Below the pieces are notes generated by a model. That model saw nothing but the letters and a program-made list of their open reading frames with translations. It ran no database searches and was not told where the DNA came from. A stretch of DNA of 34,425 nucleotides from an uncultured Ruminococcus sp. (GTDB taxonomy: Bacteria > Bacillota > Clostridia > Oscillospirales > Acutalibacteraceae), in contig CAMKNF010000001.1 of NCBI GenBank assembly GCA_946414115.1, positions 1-34,425 of the forward strand. Direction: 5' to 3'. Of the stretch, positions 28,811 through 34,425 are shown piece after piece (within the stretch, counting starts at the first letter, position 1; every line of letters starts with the position of its first letter). The translations under genes were made by a program, and so were the position numbers.

Positions 28811-30205
28811 ATGCCTAATATGTCACCCAAAAAGGCACCAATGCCAACCCAGGATCCCGATGTAAGAAACAAAAACTTCCTCGAGGTAGCAACAGGCTAC
28901 ACTCAGGAGGTTGCTATAGAAGAGGCACAGCGTTGCCTTAACTGCAAAACAAAGCCCTGCGTTGCAGGCTGTCCCGTACATATTGCAATCCCCGACTTCA
29001 TCAAAGAGGTTGCAAACGGCAATTTTGCGGCAGCTTATGACGTTATTTCCGAGTCAAGCTCACTTCCTGCCGTATGCGGACGTGTTTGTCCTCAGGAAAC
29101 ACAGTGTGAGTCAAAGTGCGTAAGAGGCATCAAGACCGAGCCTGTAGGTATCGGCAGACTTGAGCGTTTCGTTGCCGACTGGCACAACGCACAGCCGAAC
29201 GCAGAGGTTCACAAGCCCGAATCAAACGGTCACAAGGTAGCCGTTATCGGTTCCGGTCCTGCCGGTCTTACCTGCGCTGGCGACCTTGCAAAGAAGGGCT
29301 ATGACGTAACTGTATTCGAGGCTCTCCACCTTGCCGGCGGCGTACTCGTTTATGGTATCCCCGAATTCAGACTGCCCAAGTCGATTGTTCAGAAAGAGGT
29401 TGACACTCTCAAACAGCTCGGCGTTAAGGTAGAAACAAATATGGTAATCGGCAGAGTAATCTCAATTGACGAGCTTATGGACGAATACGGCTTTGAGTCT
29501 GTATTCATCGGCTCCGGCGCAGGACTTCCCAGATTTATGAATATCCCCGGTGAAAACCTCTGCGGCGTTTACTCGGCTAACGAGTTCCTCACAAGAACAA
29601 ACCTTATGAAAGCGTATAAGGACGACCCGACAACTCCGATTATGCACGCTAAAAAGGTTGCAGTAGTCGGCGGCGGTAACGTTGCAATGGATGCCGCACG
29701 TTGTGCAAAGCGTCTTGGCGCTGACGAGGTTTACATTGTATACAGAAGAAGTGAAGAGGAGCTTCCTGCACGTAAGGAAGAGGTTGAGCACGCAAAAGAA
29801 GAGGGAATCATCTTCAAGCTTCTCAACAATCCTATTGAAATCATCGGCAACGAGGACGAGTTCGTAACCGGTATGAAGTGCATAAAGATGGAGCTTGGCG
29901 AGCCCGACGCAAGCGGCAGAAGAAGACCTGTTCCCGTTGAGGGCAGTGAATTTGTGCTTGACGTTGACGCAGTTATCATCTCAATCGGCACATCGCCCAA
30001 CCCGCTCATCAAGTCAACAACAAAGGGACTTGACACACAGAAGTGGGGCGGCATTATCGCAGACGAAAACGGTCTTACCTCACGTGAGGGCGTTTACGCA
30101 GGCGGTGACGCAGTAACAGGCGCCGCAACCGTTATTCTCGCAATGGGCGCAGGCAAAACAGCCGCAGCCGCAATTGACGAGTACATTCAGAACAAAAATA
30201 AATAA
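28811..30205 (+). CDS. nfnB: Electron-bifurcating transhydrogenase large subunit (NfnB/SudA, GltD-like)
   Basis: RCLNC...CVAGCP, CGRVCPQE, GSGPAG, GGGNVAMD; follows nfnA by 2 nt. Confidence 0.9.
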   Translation: MPNMSPKKAPMPTQDPDVRNKNFLEVATGYTQEVAIEEAQRCLNCKTKPCVAGCPVHIAIPDFIKEVANGNFAAAYDVISESSSLPAVCGRVCPQETQCESKCVRGIKTEPVGIGRLERFVADWHNAQPNAEVHKPESNGHKVAVIGSGPAGLTCAGDLAKKGYDVTVFEALHLAGGVLVYGIPEFRLPKSIVQKEVDTLKQLGVKVETNMVIGRVISIDELMDEYGFESVFIGSGAGLPRFMNIPGENLCGVYSANEFLTRTNLMKAYKDDPTTPIMHAKKVAVVGGGNVAMDAARCAKRLGADEVYIVYRRSEEELPARKEEVEHAKEEGIIFKLLNNPIEIIGNEDEFVTGMKCIKMELGEPDASGRRRPVPVEGSEFVLDVDAVIISIGTSPNPLIKSTTKGLDTQKWGGIIADENGLTSREGVYAGGDAVTGAATVILAMGAGKTAAAAIDEYIQNKNK

Positions 30206-30224
30206 GTTTTTATTTTAAAAAATC

Positions 30225-30266
30225 ACGGTCGGAACATTGCCACCAAGCATCGTTCCGACCGTTTTT
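30225..30266 (+). terminator. nfnAB terminator
   Basis: ACGGTCGGAAC...GTTCCGACCGT-TTTT. Confidence 0.7.
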
Positions 30267-30290
30267 ACAATAACAAAAAGCGGTGATAAT

Positions 30291-31103
30291 ATGATAATTG
30301 ACACACACGTTCACATTGGCAATATGCTTGTTTTCGATATGCCGCCCGAAAACGTGCTTTATTCAATGGATAAGTACGGCATTGATTTTTCTCTTGTTTC
30401 AAACATAGAATGTGCCGAGAACGACCACAACGGTAACCCTGTTCCGCATGATTTACAGAAATCACAGAACGCTGTTCTTGAAAATACTCTTGAATTTGCA
30501 AGAGCTAATTCCGACAAAATCGGGGTATTGCCGTGGCTGAAAATCAGGCAGGAAACACCCGACAAAAAATTCATCAAGATGATTGCCGATAACAGGGATA
30601 TAATTTACGGACTCAAGCTGCACCCCTTTCATTCAATTACAGCACCCGATGATGAATCGCTTGAATCCATTTATAGATTAGCGGCAGAATACAGCCTGCC
30701 CGTTGTTTCCCATACGGGAGGTTGTCCCGAGGCGAACTCACTCCGTCTTTACAATGCGGCTAAAAAGCACCCCGAAGTAAATTTTGTTATGGTTCATATG
30801 GACTTAGGAACTGACAACAGTCAGGCAATCGAGTTGCTCGGCAAGTTACCAAATCTCTACGGCGACACAACTTGGGTGCCTATTGAGAGCACTCTAAAAG
30901 CAATAAATAAGTGGGGCAGTGAAAAAATCCTCTTCGGCTCTGACAATCCGATTGACGGCAAGGACACCTATTTGCACAATCCAAAAGGTGACCGTTCGCT
31001 TTATCAGCAGTATTTCAACGAGTTTAAGACAATGGTGAACAAGGCAGATTATGACAACATAATGTACAAAAACGCCGAAAGACTTTTCGGAATAAAAATT
31101 TGA
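30291..31103 (+). CDS. Amidohydrolase_2-like metal-dependent hydrolase
   Basis: IDTHVH, GLKLHP, HTG, VHM, LFGSD. Confidence 0.85.
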   Translation: MIIDTHVHIGNMLVFDMPPENVLYSMDKYGIDFSLVSNIECAENDHNGNPVPHDLQKSQNAVLENTLEFARANSDKIGVLPWLKIRQETPDKKFIKMIADNRDIIYGLKLHPFHSITAPDDESLESIYRLAAEYSLPVVSHTGGCPEANSLRLYNAAKKHPEVNFVMVHMDLGTDNSQAIELLGKLPNLYGDTTWVPIESTLKAINKWGSEKILFGSDNPIDGKDTYLHNPKGDRSLYQQYFNEFKTMVNKADYDNIMYKNAERLFGIKI

Positions 31104-31131
31104 TTTTACCTCACAATTATAAAACGCTATC

Positions 31132-31170
31132 AAAAACGGCAGTTTCAATTCCGAAACTGCCGTTATTTTT
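31132..31170. terminator. Probably bidirectional terminator
   Basis: AACGGCAGTTTC-N6-GAAACTGCCGTT between convergent genes. Confidence 0.75.
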
Positions 31171-31483
31171 CTATGTTTTTATACTGTTTTATGACGTTGA
31201 GAAAAAATAATTTTTCGTCATCGCTCAACGTCGATAAGTTCTGCGCAATCTGATTCATAATTTTATCGCCCTGCACTTCCATTGTATCGCTTAAAAGATA
31301 GTCAACCGTAACACCGAGAGCGTCGGCAATCTTCACAAGCGTTTCAACGCTCATATTCCTGCCGTTTTCAATCAGGCTCATAAAATTTGTCGATATGTCA
31401 ACCATTTCCGCAAGCTTCTCCTGCGTAATTCCGCAATTCATACGAGTTTTTCTTATTCTGTTCCCCAAGCAATATAAATCCAT
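31163..31483 (-). CDS. XRE-family HTH transcriptional regulator
   Basis: GITQEKLAEMVDISTNFMSLIENG, TLVKIADALGVTVDYLL; GGAGG RBS. Confidence 0.92.
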   Translation of the reverse strand: MDLYCLGNRIRKTRMNCGITQEKLAEMVDISTNFMSLIENGRNMSVETLVKIADALGVTVDYLLSDTMEVQGDKIMNQIAQNLSTLSDDEKLFFLNVIKQYKNIEK

Positions 31484-31554
31484 ACAGTCAACCTCCAACT
31501 ACTATTATAGTTGGATTATTTTAAGTAAAAACACATTATATTTGTAATTTTATA

Positions 31555-31583
31555 TTGACAATATTTGTAGTTATATATATAAT
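31555..31583 (+). promoter_or_regulatory. Perfect-consensus sigma-A promoter
   Basis: TTGACA-N17-TATAAT. Confidence 0.85.
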
Positions 31584-31654
31584 ATATACATAAACGAACA
31601 AATATCGATAAATTATCTGTGTTTGTTTATCAAATTATTTTAAGGAGAATTTGT

Positions 31655-32476
31655 ATGTACACAAGACCAATCATTTACAAGGTTTATTCAATTATCGTTA
31701 TGGTATTTGCCGCTTTAGGGTTTATCGGCAGTATAATTTCGGGATTTTCATTCACAAGTATGATGTCAAAATACTTTCCGTTCCTAAACAATCTGTCTGT
31801 CGCAGTAATGATTTTATTCGTGCTCGTTTCTTTAGTATCATTATTTTTCAGTTACATTGAATTTTCTTCAATGTTCACCTTTGCAGAAATGATTGAATAC
31901 GAAAACAGCAATTCAATGTATCCTTTTGAAAAGAAGTCTTTCGTACTCCCTGCAAAGTTTTACAAAGGCTACGGCTCTGTTATTTTCTACATCACTTTAT
32001 TTTTACAAGCTATTGTAATAATTGCCACAATAATCAGTGCTTCAATTGAAAAGCAGGCATTTATTTGCTTACCTGTTATACCTATCGCAATTTCTTTACT
32101 TTCACTTGTTCTGACCTACATAGTTTATTATGCAAAATACAAGGCTTTCTCTGATTTGCTCCAGATTGTCAGCCAAAAGGAAGTTGATCAGGCAACAAAG
32201 GAAAGCCTTAAGGAAAACAAGCCCAATCTTCTTCGTGGATATTGCACATTCCTTTTTGTAATCGCAATTCTCTCTGCTATAGCGATTATCGCTTTAGTCA
32301 TATTTATGTTTAATCCGCTTTCAAGTGTGCTCGGAGCAGGATTAGCAATTGCAGTTTCAGCGATATACATTGTTCTCGGTATTCTGCTATTCCTGTCCTT
32401 GAGCGTAACAGGCTGTTACTTTGATAACCTTGCTAAAATGCTTGAACACCATATGATTAGATTTAAGATGATATAA
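31655..32476 (+). CDS. Hypothetical membrane protein (~6 TM helices)
   Basis: Three pairs of hydrophobic segments; AAGGAG RBS before ATG 31655. Confidence 0.75.
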   Translation: MYTRPIIYKVYSIIVMVFAALGFIGSIISGFSFTSMMSKYFPFLNNLSVAVMILFVLVSLVSLFFSYIEFSSMFTFAEMIEYENSNSMYPFEKKSFVLPAKFYKGYGSVIFYITLFLQAIVIIATIISASIEKQAFICLPVIPIAISLLSLVLTYIVYYAKYKAFSDLLQIVSQKEVDQATKESLKENKPNLLRGYCTFLFVIAILSAIAIIALVIFMFNPLSSVLGAGLAIAVSAIYIVLGILLFLSLSVTGCYFDNLAKMLEHHMIRFKMI

Positions 32477-32479
32477 TAT

Positions 32480-33007
32480 ATGGAGAATAATACAATGAAA
32501 AGTAAAAAGGAATTTTTAAGCGAATATCGTTCAAAACACCCTGAAATTTGGGTTTATTTGGTGCTTGAACTTATTTTTGATATTGTTGGAGCGATTATTA
32601 TTATTATTAACGCCAAAGAATTGATTGGATACCACTCCCGATACGATGAACCCAAACTGGTATTTTTTGTTTTTCTCGGTTTGTTTTTTTGGATTTTAGG
32701 ATTAATATTTCTATGTCTGATTAAAAGATTAGAATCAAATGGTAATCAGGAATACGAGCATTACCTTATAACGTATTCAACAAATCAACATTCCGGTACC
32801 AACAATACTTGGATATGTTCAAAATGTGGGAATTATAACGAAAACATCAGATTAATTTGTTCCCGTTGTTCTGAACCAAAACCGTATGCTGTTTCACAGC
32901 AAAATATCGGTACCACCATCGCAAACAATTGGACGTGTCCAAATTGCGGAAAAGTAAACCAAAACTATGTCGGTACTTGCGGATGCGGAGAGGTGAAGCC
33001 AAGATGA
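32480..33007 (+). CDS. Two-TM membrane protein with two RanBP2-like zinc fingers
   Basis: WICSKCGNYNENIRLICSRC and WTCPNCGKVNQNYVGTCGC. Confidence 0.75.
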   Translation: MENNTMKSKKEFLSEYRSKHPEIWVYLVLELIFDIVGAIIIIINAKELIGYHSRYDEPKLVFFVFLGLFFWILGLIFLCLIKRLESNGNQEYEHYLITYSTNQHSGTNNTWICSKCGNYNENIRLICSRCSEPKPYAVSQQNIGTTIANNWTCPNCGKVNQNYVGTCGCGEVKPR

Positions 33008-34281
33008 AAAAGCACTTAAAATACATTTTATGCATTGTTTTAGCTTTTGTTCTTTCAATGAGCTTTATTACAGGTTGCACAAGTAACAGTAATGAAAATC
33101 AAGATAAAATAATCATAAACAACCAATATGGTACTTATTATTTTACAGGCAGCAATCTTTTCAAGCTTAACGATGATGATACTGTAACTCCTGTTTCAGA
33201 AAAAAATGCTGAAGAAGATAACAATGTATATGTCAGCTCTGACTACAAGCATTATTATTTTGACAATAAAATCTATGATTTTAATTGGGCTGACTATTTC
33301 TGTTACAAATTTAATGACGATTCCGCAGAATTAGAGAAAACTGTATTAATTAATGAAGAAACTCTGAAAAACAGCGTTTTATCCGTTAATGGTACCGTTA
33401 TCATAGGCGGTATCTATAAACCAATTGCATTAGGTGACTTTATTTACTTTATTTATTATCCAAGTAATGATTATTTTGAAGTTTGCAAAAGCAAGGCGTA
33501 TCGTTTAGGAAGAATGAAAACAGACGGCTCAAATATAGAATTTGTCAATGAAGAAATTGCATCCGATTATACAATATATAACGGTTGGATTTACTTTTTC
33601 GATAACGGTTATACTTTTAATACTTCAAAAAGCGATTATGAAATCAACGAAGAAAGAATCGGATTCTATAAAATGAAGCCTGATGGTAGTGAAAAAACGC
33701 TCCTACTTAATGAATTCAGGGGATCTGAAGCTCTCTCAAAAAACACTTATGATAAAACAAACTATTGTTTCAATATTAACTCATTTGACGATTACATATA
33801 TTTTGTTGACATTTCGGACAATGGAGAAAGCAAATTATACCGAATGAAACCTGACGGTACAGATGTTGAACCTGTTAGTGAAAACGGAGCTCAAAACTAT
33901 ACTGTTGATGGTAACACACTTTATTACACAACCGGAACTAACAATCAAGCTGTTTTGGACGGCAGAACGCTTTATAGTGTATCACTGGAAACAGGAAAAG
34001 AAACAGAATTATTTAAACTTTCGGCATATCCTGATTTGACATTTACAATCTATAAAGACTATATTTATTTTCACGACGATAATCGATATGTAGCTAATGA
34101 AATCCGAGGCGCAAGGTATAATCAAATAGAGAAAACAATGGAATATCTTAATTTTATTCAAGAAACAAGAACAACCACCGAGGGAGTATTAGGCGTTGAA
34201 AAGAAAACCCTTTTACCACCTAAATGTTATTGGGAAAGTGTTGAACCGACAAAAAGTTCAAATGGGCAGTTAGTTTACTGA
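33004..34281 (+). CDS. Lipoprotein, DUF5050-like beta-propeller
   Basis: Signal peptide with lipobox ITGC; repeated IYF...(L/F)Y(R/K)MKxDG(S/T) blades; ATGA overlap with upstream gene. Confidence 0.75.
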   Translation: MKKHLKYILCIVLAFVLSMSFITGCTSNSNENQDKIIINNQYGTYYFTGSNLFKLNDDDTVTPVSEKNAEEDNNVYVSSDYKHYYFDNKIYDFNWADYFCYKFNDDSAELEKTVLINEETLKNSVLSVNGTVIIGGIYKPIALGDFIYFIYYPSNDYFEVCKSKAYRLGRMKTDGSNIEFVNEEIASDYTIYNGWIYFFDNGYTFNTSKSDYEINEERIGFYKMKPDGSEKTLLLNEFRGSEALSKNTYDKTNYCFNINSFDDYIYFVDISDNGESKLYRMKPDGTDVEPVSENGAQNYTVDGNTLYYTTGTNNQAVLDGRTLYSVSLETGKETELFKLSAYPDLTFTIYKDYIYFHDDNRYVANEIRGARYNQIEKTMEYLNFIQETRTTTEGVLGVEKKTLLPPKCYWESVEPTKSSNGQLVY

Positions 34282-34290
34282 TACAAACAC

Positions 34291-34329
34291 AAAAACGGCG
34301 GCTTCGCAATGAAGCCGCCGTAATTTTTT
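34291..34329. terminator. Probably bidirectional terminator
   Basis: ACGGCGGCTTC-gcaat-GAAGCCGCCGT with flanking A/T tracts. Confidence 0.8.
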
Positions 34330-34355
34330 GTGTTTTATTTAATGTCACGTTAAAA

Positions 34356-34425
34356 TCAGATAACTCTTACTCTGATGACGCCGTCAACAGATGCAATCTT
34401 GTCTGCGTCTGCCTTATCTGTGCCT
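34356..34425 (-). CDS. 3' end of a gene, probably the ACT domain of D-3-phosphoglycerate dehydrogenase (partial)
   Basis: Manual translation ...DKADADKIASVDGVIRVRVI*, typical of a SerA C-terminus. Confidence 0.55.
   Translation of the reverse strand, partial: GTDKADADKIASVDGVIRVRVI

Noticed and set aside
28811..30205. Glutamate synthase
   Set aside because: No large subunit is adjacent, and pairing with a SudB-like gene indicates NfnAB

Overview
Window from a Firmicute; gene content and spoVAC suggest a spore-forming Oscillospiraceae/Ruminococcaceae-like Clostridia member (inference). Bases 220-15568 hold an intact S10-spc-alpha ribosomal protein superoperon on the minus strand (rpsJ to rplQ, including rpmD and rpmJ, which the ORF track missed). 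It has a clear sigma-A promoter and a long structured leader. The other 19 kb mixes housekeeping genes (cobO-like, iscS-thiI, spoVAC, ldh, nfnAB, an amidohydrolase, a probable serA 3' end) with four unusual modules: (1) a solitary AAA+ ATPase/DUF4143-type nuclease gene bracketed by ~127-bp direct repeats containing palindromes, phased ACAC motifs and a terminator; (2) a cell-envelope block of an atypical multidomain class B sortase, a degenerate CinA-like protein, an active-site-divergent Alr-family racemase and a sugar-transfer ATP-grasp ligase; (3) a JAB/MPN-motif protein coupled to an unannotated 44-aa ORF behind a palindrome-overlapped promoter, toxin-immunity like; (4) an AT-rich XRE-linked operon with a threefold-repeat membrane protein, a RanBP2-type zinc-finger membrane protein and a DUF5050-like lipoprotein. 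All family calls come from motif recognition by eye; no searches were run.
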